Below are positions 12,954-26,000 of a stretch of DNA of 64,000 bases, piece by piece. Below the pieces are notes generated by a model. The model saw nothing but the letters and a program-made list of their open reading frames with translations. It did no database searches and had not been told where the DNA came from. Origin of the DNA: Azolla caroliniana (Eukaryota > Plantae > Polypodiophyta); contig JBHGNT010000022.1 of NCBI GenBank assembly GCA_043228905.1, positions 9,982,001-10,046,000 on the forward strand, read 5' to 3'. The stretch's first letter is position 1. Every line of letters begins with the position of its first letter. A program made the position numbers and the translations under genes.

Positions 12954-14117
12954 ACGTATGCGTGGCCATGTGGATGCTTTAGGCGTATGCGAGTGTACAC
13001 GGCCGTGTGGACGTTTTCAGACGTACGTGTGTGTGCACGTTTTCGGACGGATGCGTGTGTGCGGACAACTGTGCGGATGCATACACAGTGCGGTCGGGAT
13101 GCGCGAATGCGTGGTTGGGATTTTTGCGCGCGGATGTGTCTACGGTTTAGTTGCGACGCACGTATGGATTGCGCACGGGCTAAACTTGTTATGTACACAT
13201 AACGTTGGTGAGGGTAGGTCACTAATATTTACATTAGTGAAGGGTATGTTCACTATTATTAAAAAGGGGACTAATGATTGGATAGAATGAATGATATGTG
13301 CATGCACTATCATGATTTAGACAACCAATGAATAGAGAGCCTTTTAGAAAGGCACATCTATTCAAGGGGCCTAGGAAAAGGTATAAATATGAGGCTTAGC
13401 TACCCTCATAGGGATTATCACGTCGGAAGGCTGCTGTCGTAGACACCGGTGGTGCGGGCTAGGCTTTCGTCTCGACGATCGTGTTTATCTCTTCCAAGGT
13501 ATTAGTCATCCTAATATCCGGCGGTATGGGACGTCGGTGGTAGGTTGGCTATGTCTAGATCATAGCTCGGGGGTGGTCGGGTGGAACGGGTTCTTCTATC
13601 CAATCTATTTTCTTCCTTTTTACTTGATTTGGTCTATTGATTAGTAATAGACTCTTAACAGTGGTATCAGAGCTTTTACTAACAATTTTTTTGTTGTTTT
13701 GATGTTTTTTGCGTGTGAGCGAGGGGGATCTAACAAGGCTCGTCATGCTCTTCTCAGGATCAAAACAACACTCTAAACCCGGTATTCTTCTTTGATCTCT
13801 TCTCTTTTTCTATTATGCGTTCTTTATGGTCGAATCAAATTGGTATTACGTTTTATTCTCTTTCTTTCTACCTCCTACTACGCTACGATTTTACTTATTA
13901 TTATGCATCGGGCCGAGCGTGTTTGCACTAATCGCACACGCTCAACTCATGGCCTTTTGCATATTGCGATATATATCCCACTCTCTCCTCTCTTGAACTC
14001 TTACGATAATAATTATTCTTGTGCATTGGGTCGAGCGTGTTTGCTCTAATCGCACACGCTTATCTCATGGCCGTTTTGCATATGATGTTGAGTATACCAC
14101 TCTTCCCCTCTACTGAG

Positions 14118-14600
14118 CCATCACTTGGCCGATTCTAAGGGATGATGTGGCCTTGACGAGGTGTATGTTGCCTACCTATGCCACTCTACTCTCTATTAAG
14201 CCATCAATTGGCCGATTCTATGGGATGTTGTGGCCTTGACAAGGTATATGTAGCTTACATATGCCACTTTCCTTTTTAATTAGCCATCAATTGGCCGATT
14301 CTAAGGGATGATGTGGCCTTGACGAGGTGTATGTTGCCTACCTATGCCACTCTACTCTCTATTAAGCCATCAATTGGCCGATTCTATGGGATGTTGTGGC
14401 CTTGACAAGGTATATGTAGCTTACATATGCCACTTTCCTTTTTAATTAGCCATCAATTGGCCGATTCTAAGGGATGATGTGGCCTTGACGAGGTATATGT
14501 CACTTACCTATGCCACTTTCCTCTTTAATTAGCCATTACTTGGCCGATTCTAGGGATATGTGGTGGTCTTGAGGAGGTGCATGTCAACTACCCTAGGGTT
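14118..14600 (+). repeat. 83-bp tandem array (about 6 units, A-B-A-B higher-order 166-bp dimer) in the 5' leader of chromovirus B
   Basis: Units starting ccatca.ttggccgattcta at 14118, 14201, 14284, 14367, 14450 and 14533. Confidence 0.9.
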
Positions 14601-15577
14601 TCGTATCTTAGGGCATGTTTGATTCCATACACCTAATTGTTGATTATTCTAATTAAATTTTAATTTCATAAGTATTGTTTCACTTATATGATTTTCTAGT
14701 AATTATTATTTACCCGCCCATAATTAACTCTCCTTTTTCCACTTCCTTTTCATGTATAAAGTATTTACATCGTTTATTTTTAATGTAACCTTTACGTGTA
14801 GACTATTTTTCGTATGGAGTGGCTTGTTGAACGATTTTTTTTTTCAACGGGTCATCTAGGTTTAACTCTTATCATCAAGCCTTAGAAAACGAGTAAAACC
14901 ATATGAGTTCCCTTATTGATGTTTTACTCATGGATTTGAGTATTACATCTTTGCGCACAACACCGTCATCACTTGTATCAATTTGTGGTTTATGTCACAA
15001 TTGTGCAAGTTATAACAATCATATTGGGATGTATATGTGCATACCTTGCACTTCCCATTTATTTGTGACATTGTTTTTTTCGTAGGTAACACATGGGTTC
15101 TTTTTTTTTACCCTTGTTTTCGTCACTACTTAACTCTTATGAGTAGTGCCTTATTTTATCATTTTATCATCACGTTTGCTTATTGCTCGCAAGACTAGAA
15201 TATTACTTGTGAGTGCACTTGTTTTTTCACGTAATACACTTTCTCGACCATATAATACATGATGGGTTGGCATTAATATAAGGCTATCTAGGAAATTTCA
15301 TTGATGTAAGAACCATGGTTGAGCCTCGGGGAGCCGCCATGATTACTCAAGATAGAGATCCGAGAAATACATCTTAGCTATGTTTTCCCCCATGGTTTTT
15401 AAAACACCATAGTGTTACCATAGTTATCGGATCTCGAATCACATCTCATATGTCTAGAGGGGTAAAGACATGAGATACTTTCTTGGATAAAGTTCTTTCA
15501 ATCAAAATTTCAAGCATTCATTTTGCTTGGGTATTTTCTGAACCTCCTTATTTTATTGCATACCCACAGCGTGCATC

Positions 15578-18500
15578 ATGGAACAAGTTTTGAACGCAGT
15601 TGGAACGATCTCTCCAAATGAGACCTCTCAACCCCAATCCGCATCTCGCACACAAGCTGAGATCACTATTGAGCAATTGCTCACTACTACCTTGAATCAA
15701 TTGGCCGAAATGAGACAGACCAATATGGCATTGGAAAAGAAATTCCAAGAATTAACTATTGAGTCCAAGAAAGAAGGTGAACCTTCCTTCGTAGTCACGC
15801 CTTTCAAGGGAGATAAGAAAGAAAGAACCGAGGAGGCTATTAGCACTTGGCTTGGTCGTTGGGAGTCTCACTTTGAGCTTCATCCCAAGCCCGATGCAGT
15901 AAAAATTGGTTATGTCGATCGTGAATTAGGTGGCCGAGCTGCTGCTTGGTGGCGTGGCCTAAGGACCGCAAAAAACTTACCCACAACTTGGGAAGGTTTT
16001 GTTGATGTTTTTAAACAATTCTTGCAGCCACCTTCTCAAACCGAACAAGCGCAACACTTGCTCACATTGTCTAGTAAGCCATTTACCTCTCTCGAGGATT
16101 ATGTGCATCACGCTCGGACCCAGATCCAAAAATCGGGACTTACGGGTGAGAAATGGTTTGTCGCTTGTTTTTTGAATGGTATTCCCAATGGGGATTATCA
16201 TTGGATTGTCCATGACAAGGACCCCACAACTTTCGAGGAAGCCGTCAACATTGTGCTGCGATACCATAGGACTTCCAAGAAAGACCACAATAAACCTGAG
16301 TTCGCCAAAACTCCGAATGTCAAGTTCATTGGGAAACGTAAGCAATCCAGTGACACTCTTGACCGCGACTCAAAGAAACCGAACCTCTTCTGTGCATATT
16401 GCAAGAAGCGGGGCCACACAAAGGATACCTGTTGTCGTCTTGAGAGGAAGTCAATGAACACCCCTCCTCAAGACAAATCTACGAGTCACACAGGTGAGTC
16501 TTTTGATATTGTTGAAGTTCATACCGATCACTTAAGTTTATGTGAATGCACTTTTCCTTCACATTTACTTGGACCTAATGATTTACTCCGAGCAGTCGGA
16601 TATATCAATGGAACACAAGCACATTTCTTGTTTGATTCCGGTAGTTCTCACAATTTTCTTAATAATCACTTTGTGCAGCAAATGGAGCTCCACATAAACG
16701 CAAGTGATCATATCTATCAAGTTCACATGGCAAATGGAAACGTTCAATACATCAGTGGCATTGTTTGTCAACTGCCAATTCAAATAGATACTTATTTGGA
16801 GAAGCTTGACTTTCATGTTATGAAATTACAATCCGCAGATGTCATTTTAGGATATCCTTGGTTTTTTAATAAAAACCCTTCTTTGTCCATTGATTGGGTT
16901 GATCACTCAATCACATTTGAACTTAATAATTGTAAACATTTTATTCAATGTTCCAAACTTCCTTCTCATTCACTTGTGTCTTCTAAATCATTAAGTGAGT
17001 ATTCTAGTTCATTAATTTATTCGTGTGTAATTGATCCTGCGGTTCAATTTTATTATTTTAATATTGACGCCACACAATTACCACATTTTGAGCAACGATT
17101 ACTCGACTCTATTTTAGAGGATTTTCAAGATGTGTTTCCTACTGAATTACCGCTTACTTTACCACCTAAACGTAATGTGGACCATCAAATTGAACTCATC
17201 CCTGGGGCTGCTCCTGTGAGCATTCCACCTTACCGACTTAGTCGATTAGAAGAGGATGAGATCGCTAAACAACTTAAGGAATACTTGAGTATGGGCCACA
17301 TTAGGTATAGTAAATCACCTTGGGGTGCGTCAGTTCTATTAGTCAAGAAGAAGGAAGGTTCGTGGCGAATGTGTATCAATTATCGCCGTTTGAATAAAAT
17401 GACAATTAAGAATGCATATCCATTACCTCGTGCCGATGATTTGATTGATCGTTTGCACGGGGCTCGATATTTTACGAAAATTGACTTACGAACTGGTTAT
17501 CATCAGATTCGCATCGCCGAGGATGATATTCCTAAAACCGTTTTTCGTACGCGCTATGGCCATTATGAGTTTTTAGTCATGCCATTTGGGTTGACTAATG
17601 CTCCAGCCACATTCCAACAAGAATGAATGATGTTTTCCGAGATCAACTCGGTGATTTTGTTGTCGTCTTCTTGGATGATATTTTGATATATAGCCGTACC
17701 TTGCAAGATCATGTTCAACATGTTCGATTTGTTTTGCGAAAGTTGCGTGACAACTCTTTCTATGCAAAACATTCAAAATGTGACTTCTTCCAAAAATCTA
17801 TTGTGTACCTAGGTCATTTAATTACAGAAAATGGCGTTGAAATTGAACCTTCTCGTATTGAAAAGGTTAAACTTTGGCCCATTCCTCGTAATATTCGTGA
17901 ACTTAGATCATTCTTAGGGTTTGTTGGATTTTTACGAAAATCAATTCGTAACTATTCCAAATTGACTACGCCATTAACTGACCTTTTAAAAGGTCATCCA
18001 CGTAAGTCTGTCAAACCAATTTCATGGAATGAACAACTTGACAAATCATTTGAGACACTCAAGGAGCATGTGTGTCAGGCTCCCACTCTTCTATTACCAG
18101 ACCCTTCTAAGCCTTTCTCAATTGAAACCGATGCTAGTGATTATGCTATTGGTGCCGTTCTTTATCAAGGCGGTCACCCTATTGCTTTTGAAAGTAAGAC
18201 GCTTGATGCTGCTCAATCTCGGTATTCGGTTCAAGAGAAAGAGTTGTTTGCGGTGATACACGCACTTAAAACATGGAGGCACTATCTCTATGGAAATAAA
18301 TTTGTGGTTACAACAGACCATCAATCATTAAAGTATTTTTGTGACCAGCCCGATCTTGTTGGTCGTAAAGGCCGTTGGGCTGACCTTATGCAAGATTTTG
18401 ATTTTTCCATACGATATCGCAAGGGTTCTATGAACACCGTTGCTGATGCTCTTAGTCGCATTAAAGAAGTTAACATGCTTAGCTTCACGGAAATAAAATC

Positions 18501-19977
18501 TGATCTTTTAGATCACCTTCGAGGGAAATACCTTGATGACAGTTATTTCTCAAAATACTGGACGAAAGCCGAATCTGGTTTAGATGCCGATACTAGCACC
18601 CTACCCTCGAAGGCGACCTTTCACATTACAAACGGTTTGCTCTACCGTAGTGGAAAGGTCTGTGTTCCAGATTTACCAAATGTTAAACAGAAAATTTTTC
18701 ATGAATGTCATGATGCACCATCTGCTGGTCATCCTGGAATACAACGCACACTCGTTCTCATCTCATGTACTTTTTTCTGGCCTAAGATGCGCTCTGACAT
18801 GCATAAATACGTAACTCAATGCTTACAATGTCAGATTAATAAGTCGGAACGACTTAAAGCTGCTGGTCTTTTACATCCCTTAGATATTCCCAACAATAAA
18901 TGGGAAAGTATCTCGATGGATTTTATTGTTAGTTTACCTCGTACACAGAGGGGTCATGATGCCATATGGGTTGTCGTTGACAAGCTAACAAAATTAGCTA
19001 GATTTATTCCTACAAAAACCACGGTAACCGCTCAACAGTTGGCTTATCAATTTGTTGATGAGTTATTTCGTTTTTATGGATTACCGATGGATATTGTTAG
19101 TGATCGAGATTCCAAGTTTACTAGTGACTTTTGGACTCAGGTCTTTAAGAAACTAGAAACTACGTTGAGCATGAGTTCCGCAGATCATCCTCAGTCTGAT
19201 GGACAAACTGAACGAGTTAATCAAATTATTGAGGACATGCTTCGAGCTTATGTAGCAAAAACCCCTTCTAAGTGGGAGCAATACCTTCCTATCTTAGAAT
19301 TTGCCTATAATAGCTCTAAACATACATCCACTGGATATAGTCCTTTTATGTTGATGTATGGTTTTCAGCCACGTGCCCCAGTTGATGTCACGATTCATCG
19401 TGATACATTAGACAGTACACGCAATTTTTTGCAAGACATGAACCAAATGTTGCATATTGCCAAAGAAAATGTCAAGATAGCTCAAGATCGTGCTCGATTT
19501 TATGCTGATCAGGATAGACGTCCTCGTGCATTTACTATTGGTCAAAAAGTTTTTTTGCGTGTCCCGACTGATTCTACGTCATTATCTACGGGCAAGTGCG
19601 CTAAGTTAGCCCCACGATATTGTGGCCCATTTGAAATCCTTAAGCGAGTTGGGTCATCTGCTTATCACCTTGCCTTACCTCGTAACGTTGGTATTCATCC
19701 TGTTTTTCACGTCAGTCGTCTAAAACCATTTTTAGGCTCTGGTGATAACACCATCACAATCCAAGATCTTGTAACATTAGAGGATTTTTCTTACAAACCT
19801 CATGTTCCTGAACGAATTCTTGATTCTCGTACTAAACGTTTACGTTCTAAAGAGATTCGGCTATTCAAGATCAAATGGATGGATAAACCTATTGATGATG
19901 CCACATGGGAACGCGAGCATTCGCTTAAGGCACAATTTCCTCACTTTATATTGCAAGAGTGCAATCTTTTGAAGTAG
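15578..19977 (+). CDS. Gag-Pol polyprotein of chromovirus B (gag, CCHC, PR, RT, RH, IN, chromodomain), broken by a single 1-bp frameshift near 17620
   Basis: [14 protein letters not shown]; [10 protein letters not shown]; [13 protein letters not shown]|MNDVF...VFLDDIL; [13 protein letters not shown]; [11 protein letters not shown]; GPF motif; C-terminal PERILDSR...IKW...DATWE. Confidence 0.93.
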
Positions 19978-20463
19978 GGGAGTATGTTATGTACACATAA
20001 CGTTGGTGAGGGTAGGTCACTAATATTTACATTAGTGAAGGGTATGTTCACTATTATTAAAAAGGGGACTAATGATTGGATAGAATGAATGATATGTGCA
20101 TGCACTATCATGATTTAGACAACCAATGAATAGAGAGCCTTTTAGAAAGGCACATCTATTCAAGGGGCCTAGGAAAAGGTATAAATATGAGGCTTAGCTA
20201 CCCTCATAGGGATCATCACGTCGGAAGGCTGCTGTCGTAGACACCGGTGGTGCGGGCTAGGCTTTCGTCTCGACGATCGTGTTTATCTCTTCCAAGGTAT
20301 TAGTCATCCTAATATCCGGCGGTATGGGACGTCGGTGGTAGGTTGGCTATGTCTAGATCATAGCTCGGGGGTGGTCGGGTGGAACGGGTTCTTCTATCCA
20401 ATCTATTTTCTTCCTTTTTACTTGATTTGGTCTATTGATTAGTAATAGACTCTTAACAAAACT

Positions 20464-20671
20464 ACACAGTGCGGTCGGGACGCGCGGATGCGTGGTTGGG
20501 ATTTTTGCGTGCGGACGCGTCTACGGTTTAGTTGCGACGCACGTATGGATTGCGCACGGGCTAAACTACACAGTGCGGTCGGGACGCGCGGATGCGTGGT
20601 TGGGATTTTTGCGCGTGGACGCGTCTACGGTTTAGTTGCGACGCACGTATGGATTGCGCACGGGCTAAACT
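20464..20671 (+). repeat. 104-bp tandem repeat within LTR X (a third copy at 13083-13186 is separated by element B)
   Basis: acacagtgcggtcggga...gcgcacgggctaaact at 13083, 20464 and 20568. A 21-bp atgcaactaaaagt repeat follows at ~20716-20800. Confidence 0.9.
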
Positions 20672-21251
20672 TTATGGATCATTGGGTCATTTGGCCGAAT
20701 TATACGGACGGTCGCATGCAACTAAAAGCCAAGGCCATGCAACTAAAAGTAAAAGGCATGCAACTAAAAGTAGAGGCCATGCAGCTAAAAGTGAGATGCA
20801 AAGTAACATTGGGAAGGGGGATCAACAAAGAGCTCGATATATGTTCCATTTTTTCCCTCTATATTTTTTTTCTTTTCTACTTCTCTCTCCCATTCCTTAG
20901 GGAAGAAATCTCTCTCATATTGATATCAGACCACTCCTTATATGGTTGTTGGCTCCTTCCTTTCAAGAATAATCTCTCTTATTCATATCGGACCACTCCT
21001 TACAAGGTTGTTGCCTACTTTCTTTTTTAAGAATGATCCGTCATTTTCATCTCGAACCCGTTTTAACAAGATTCTTGAATTATAAAAGAATCTATTTTCT
21101 TATGCAATAAACTAACATTTTCTCTCATCTACTCGTCTTATATGTGAATTGCTTGTGTTGTACGTGTTGCACTAAATCCTTCCAGTCCATAACCTCGGTG
21201 GTTCCGCCTCACGATCCGCACATAGTGACGGATTTTCACGACATAATTAAC

Positions 21252-21269
21252 TGGTGAACCCGACGTGAA
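21252..21269 (+). promoter_or_regulatory. Primer-binding site of X, complementary to the tRNA-Trp 3' end
   Basis: TGGTGAACCCGACGTGAA is the reverse complement of the plant tRNA-Trp(CCA) 3' end as recalled (TTCACGTCGGGTTCACCA). It is identical at 28684-28701(-), 29753-29770 and 37933-37950. Confidence 0.88.
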
Positions 21270-21292
21270 ACGAGGAGGTAGGAGGATATCTC

Positions 21293-22480
21293 ATGGAGGC
21301 ATATAGATACAAAGAGCCGAAGCAATGTAACCTATACAAGTTCGACCAATGGGTATCATCAGTAAAGACCCACCAAAGTGCCATGCATGCTTTCGTTGAG
21401 TTCGAGTGTCGCTTTGCACAACTCTCGAAGCGGGATCAAAGATTGGTGGGGGTGGAAAAAGTCCTAATGTTTGTGAAGTCAATCGATTGGAAGGAAAGAA
21501 AGGCCATTGGAATCCGACTTGAGGATGATGATGGTGCAAATGGCCTCACTGAGGATTGGACAAAAGTGGAAAGAGTATGTCAACTACAAGATAAGAGGAA
21601 GACAAGATTCTCATCGACAACAACACAACCCACGGCGGATGGTGAAAGGAGGATAGGAAGCAACAACAAACTACCACCTAAAGAAGAGAGCTTGAAGAGG
21701 GAAGGTTCGATGGTACTCGACATAGAGGCCTTCATAAACGAGGCATATGAGAATTTAAAGGTGCAAGTCAAGGCCAAAGAGAATCTTATAATGGAACCAA
21801 AACCAATTAAAATGGTTATCAAGGAAGAAGAGACCTCCCAACAAAGGTGGAGTAATGATACGGCCAATACGAAGGCCCAAGTTCGGTACAACAACACCAC
21901 GGAAGAAGGTGTGGAACAAGACACCTTCTCGTCTTGCAAAGAAACAATGGCGAAGAATGAAACAAATGAATCGAGGGTGGCGAATGCCACTTCAAGCGAA
22001 GACAAATGTTTCAAAACACACATTGTATCTAAAACATCAAGTGATGAAGTGGCAAGCATGAGCAAAGATTGCATGATCAAGGGAAATAAAAAGTGTGAGG
22101 CCAACGTGATTGAGGAGATAGCCATGAAATATGACATCGAGTTAGAGGTGGCTATGGACGAGTCAATGGTGGATGGCTATGTCAAGACTTTTTCCACACT
22201 TGTTCCAAAGACTTGGACAGATGCGTCAGAAAGCAAACGTGAGACCCAAGAGACGGAAGGTGGCGGCGAGGAAGTGAAGGCCGAAGCTAACACATGCGAA
22301 GAAGAGGGAGACGTCAAAATGAAGAGGGTAGACGACGATGATGAAGAGACTTTCCCCACAAAAGTTCTTGAGACTTGGGCATTAACCAATGTAAGACCCA
22401 AGAGACAGAAGGTGGTGGTGAAGAAGCAAAGATCAAAGCCAATGCGAACAACCATAAGGCGGAAGTGGCTAGAAAGATAA
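21293..22480 (+). CDS. Gag capsid-like domain fused to an acidic low-complexity tail (element X), 3'-truncated by a deletion
   Basis: 395-aa ORF. FVEFECRFAQL...KVLMFVKSID...GLTEDWTKVERVC aligns with gag of G (LREFEENFARL...RVLLFVKSVD...GLTTDWAAVKKVC). The ORF runs into LTR C sequence at ~22471. Confidence 0.75.
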   Translation: MEAYRYKEPKQCNLYKFDQWVSSVKTHQSAMHAFVEFECRFAQLSKRDQRLVGVEKVLMFVKSIDWKERKAIGIRLEDDDGANGLTEDWTKVERVCQLQDKRKTRFSSTTTQPTADGERRIGSNNKLPPKEESLKREGSMVLDIEAFINEAYENLKVQVKAKENLIMEPKPIKMVIKEEETSQQRWSNDTANTKAQVRYNNTTEEGVEQDTFSSCKETMAKNETNESRVANATSSEDKCFKTHIVSKTSSDEVASMSKDCMIKGNKKCEANVIEEIAMKYDIELEVAMDESMVDGYVKTFSTLVPKTWTDASESKRETQETEGGGEEVKAEANTCEEEGDVKMKRVDDDDEETFPTKVLETWALTNVRPKRQKVVVKKQRSKPMRTTIRRKWLER

Positions 22481-23058
22481 TAAGAGCAAGAAATAGGAAT
22501 CCGATTACTTAATCAGTAGCTTACAACTCGAATAGTTAAAACAGGCAAACCGGTAGTGGACCTGACATAGGGTCCTACTCATGCACACGGGCGACAACCA
22601 CTCGACTCGAAGAAACAAAAAAAAGGGGGAGAGCCTTTACTGGAAGCACACGGGCTAGCCACGAAGTAGAGGCAGCGAACTCCCGACACCCATAGAGAAC
22701 GACGATCGGAGGAGAGAGAGCTCGGCACTCGGTTCTGCAGCAGCACTTCGTCCTCGCCAACACGCGATACCTTTTTCTTCCTTCTCTCCCTCCTTAAATA
22801 GTTTATTCCATGCCCCTCTCGACAAAGATACGCACAAATCCCCTAATAAATGTGTACTACCTAGTATTTACATCAACCGACCTAGTTATGAATCATGTAC
22901 AAAATATCAACTCTCGCGTCCACCCATGTAAGAGCCGGTTCATGCGCCTTTTTCTCCAATTCCGGCAATGGCCGGTTTTCTTCACGACATCCACCCCCAC
23001 CAAACCGCGCATCCACCGGCATGCGCCAGAGACGGGTAGATACCGAAGAAAACCGGCT

Positions 23059-26000
23059 TCACTCGTTGCTCTGCGATTCTTCGTCGGGCCCGAACTGATC
23101 GTCGTCGTCGCTCTCGTCCACGCCCTCCGGGTCCGGCTCATCCTCGAACTGCTTCTTGAAGGCTTTGATCTGCTTCCCGGCCACCGGTACCGCTAACCGT
23201 GTCCCGTCGAGTTCAGGTAGGTGGTATGTGTCGTTGTCGTTCGCGCTCGTCACCGTGTAGGGCCCGAACCATCTCCTCGCGAACTTTTGCACTGCCTTGT
23301 GCTGATTGTCGAGGCTACTATCGTACACCAAGACCCAATCGCCTTCCTCAATCTTCTTTGGTCGCAACAGGTGCGTCCGGTTGAACCGGGTCTTATTCCG
23401 CTCCCTTGCCGCTCATAGCTTTTCCTCCACCCTTTTCATGTCCTCCGGCCTCCGCTCGAGTTGCCGAATCCGCGCCGCCAGCAACTCCTCCCGGCTCATC
23501 TCGTCCTTCCAATGTACCGCCGCCCACAAAGATACTGTCCGTTCCACCGGCATGATCGGCTTCTGTCCATACATCAGCTTAGCCGGCATAAACCTTGTCA
23601 CCGAACTGTGCGTAGTTTGGTCCGCCCATAGTGCGTAAGGAAGGAGCCGCGGCCAATTCCCGACCTACCCTCCGCATGCACGCACTAATGCCTTTACGAT
23701 CGGCCCGTGCCCACGTTCTACCTTCCCGTTCACCTCCGGATTGTACGCCGTAGTGAGGGAGAGTTTGACCCCTAGCCGGTCGAATAGGTCCTCAGCTTCC
23801 CGCGGATCTAGCTCTCCCCGGTCCGCCACGATCCTCCCGACGCACCCGTATCGACACACTACCTCTTCGATTAGGAACCGGCATACCGCCACAGTTGTCT
23901 TGTTCTGCAGTGCACGGCCTCCCACCTGGTTCGTTAAGTCTTCCCGCGCAAGCACCAGGTATCGCATCTGTCCTACTCCCATCGGCATCGTCACCAAGTC
24001 TACCATCCACTTGAAATAGACCGTAGGCGGGTAGGTCGGGTGTAGGTTGTCCCGATGTCGGACTACGGAGTGCATCTGACCGCTTTCGCAAGTCGTTATG
24101 AACCGATGCACGTCCCGGTACAGCCCCGGCCACCAGTACTTCTCCTTCAGCTTCTCGAATGTGGCCCACATTCCGTAGTGCCCGGCCCAAGGACTCTCGT
24201 GAAATGCCACCAGTAATTGCTCCTGTTCTTCTTTCTTTACCACTACTCTGACTGGGATGCCATTTCTTTTCTTTGGGTGCCTCCATATGCACCCGTCCCG
24301 TAGGAAGAATCGGTACGACTTCTTCCGTACCCGGCTCGCCTCTTCTCTCATCCACGCTGCGTCCGACGCCACCGCCAGTAGGAACCTCCCGATTTGGAAC
24401 CACTCCCCGTCGTACCTACTTTCATCGAATTCGTTAAGCGCCGGAGTGTCCCCTTTCCTCGTCGTCACGTTAGCTGACCCGAAGAAGTCCTCGCCGACTT
24501 CTTCGTCATCCGAAACCATGCCGTCTTCGTCGTTGAAACTCGCTCTCGAAAGCATGTCGGCCATGGCGTTATCTTTTCCGGAGATGTGCCGTATCTCCGG
24601 GTTCAGGGACTTAATGTACGCTATCCACCGGAGCATTGCTAGGTCCGGCGTCGCGCATCCGGAAACCATGCCGAGTATCGGCAGGCAGTCCGTCTCGATG
24701 ATCACTTTCGTCCCGACCAGATAGTCCTTGTCGGCCTTGACTACCGAAACGATACCCCAAAGTTCGCGCTTAACTTGGGCGTATCCTCGCTGTCGCTCGC
24801 TCAATACCTTCGCCACGAACTGGATCGAGAAACGTACACCATCCTTGTCCTCCTGACTGATTACCCACCCAATCCCGATCGGGCTTGTGTCCACCGTCAT
24901 GCAAATGGGGACATCCTTGCCGTAAACCGCTTTTCGGAGAGCCAGTGCTACTGTACTGCTACTGTGCTACTGGACCGACTCCGTGTGCTCCGTCCTCCAC
25001 TCAAAGCTACGCCCCCTTTCAATAGTCCGTAGAGGGGTTTCGCGACATGTGCGTAGTGCGGGATCCAGATGTGGTAGAACGCGCATGCACCCAAGAATCT
25101 GCGAACCTCCGTAACCGATCCGCAATCGTTCCTCATTACAGAGATGGCCTCTACCTTTGCCAGAGACGGTTACCTACCGTAAGGCCCACACAGGTGTCCG
25201 ACCACCAGGATCTCTAACTACCCGAATGCCGATTTTGCTCCGGAGAAGGTGAGTTGTGCGCTCTCGAGCCTCTGCAACAACTTCTCGTAGTTGTTGATGT
25301 GGTTCACGACGAACCTCCGGCATCCGTTTGACCCGACAGTCTCGTCCGCATCTTCCACCGGACACCCCTTTACCGGGATGTTGTCCAAGAATGGCATGGT
25401 GATGTCCGGGATGCAGTCCCTCAGCACCTTGTTCATTGCGTTCACCATATGCACCACCGAATTCGTTCCGCCTTGCGGTAGGGTACACATCCGTACTAGG
25501 CCAAGAGGAGTTCGCATCATCGTGATATCCCTGCTCTCCACGGCTAGCTGGAATTGGTTGTACCCCGAGTATAAGTCACCGACCGAATAGATCGACCTTC
25601 TAGCGAAGGCCTCCGTGAACTCATCTATGGTCAGTCCGATCCCTGCATTACGGATGGTCACCATGGTGACTGGTTGCTGGTCCTGAATGAAGTGTAGCGT
25701 ACCGTTCTTCTTCGGTACCATAAACCACCAATTCGAATATCGGGTACTGGACGGTTTGAGGATGCCCATCTCCACCTTTTTCTTCAGAAGCTCCATCAAC
25801 TTCGGGATGTGAGCTCTCGGCACTGGAATCGGTTTGATATTCCACGGTACATGCGGTACCGTGAAGATCACTATCGGTTCGACGATCGTCGGGTCCACGC
25901 ACCCGATCTCCTCCGGCGAGAACGTGAAGGCTTTCCCATTGCTTCCGAGCATTCTCCGAAACCTGTCCTCCTCCGCCGGTAGTAGAAAGCCACCCCCACT

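Larger units (their letters stand above)
13187..20458 (+). mobile_element. Full-length Ty3/Gypsy chromovirus B, recent insertion into the 5' LTR of X
   Basis: 474-bp LTRs at 13187-13660 and 19985-20458 (one difference seen by eye), TG...CA ends, 5-bp TSD AAACT, tRNA-iMet PBS tggtatcagagc at 13662-13673, PPT gaagtaggggag before 19985. Confidence 0.97.

Noticed and set aside
14118-14600. Regular repeat array resembling a CRISPR locus
   Set aside because: Units are contiguous 83-bp tandem repeats without unique spacers, inside a eukaryotic retrotransposon, and there are no cas genes.
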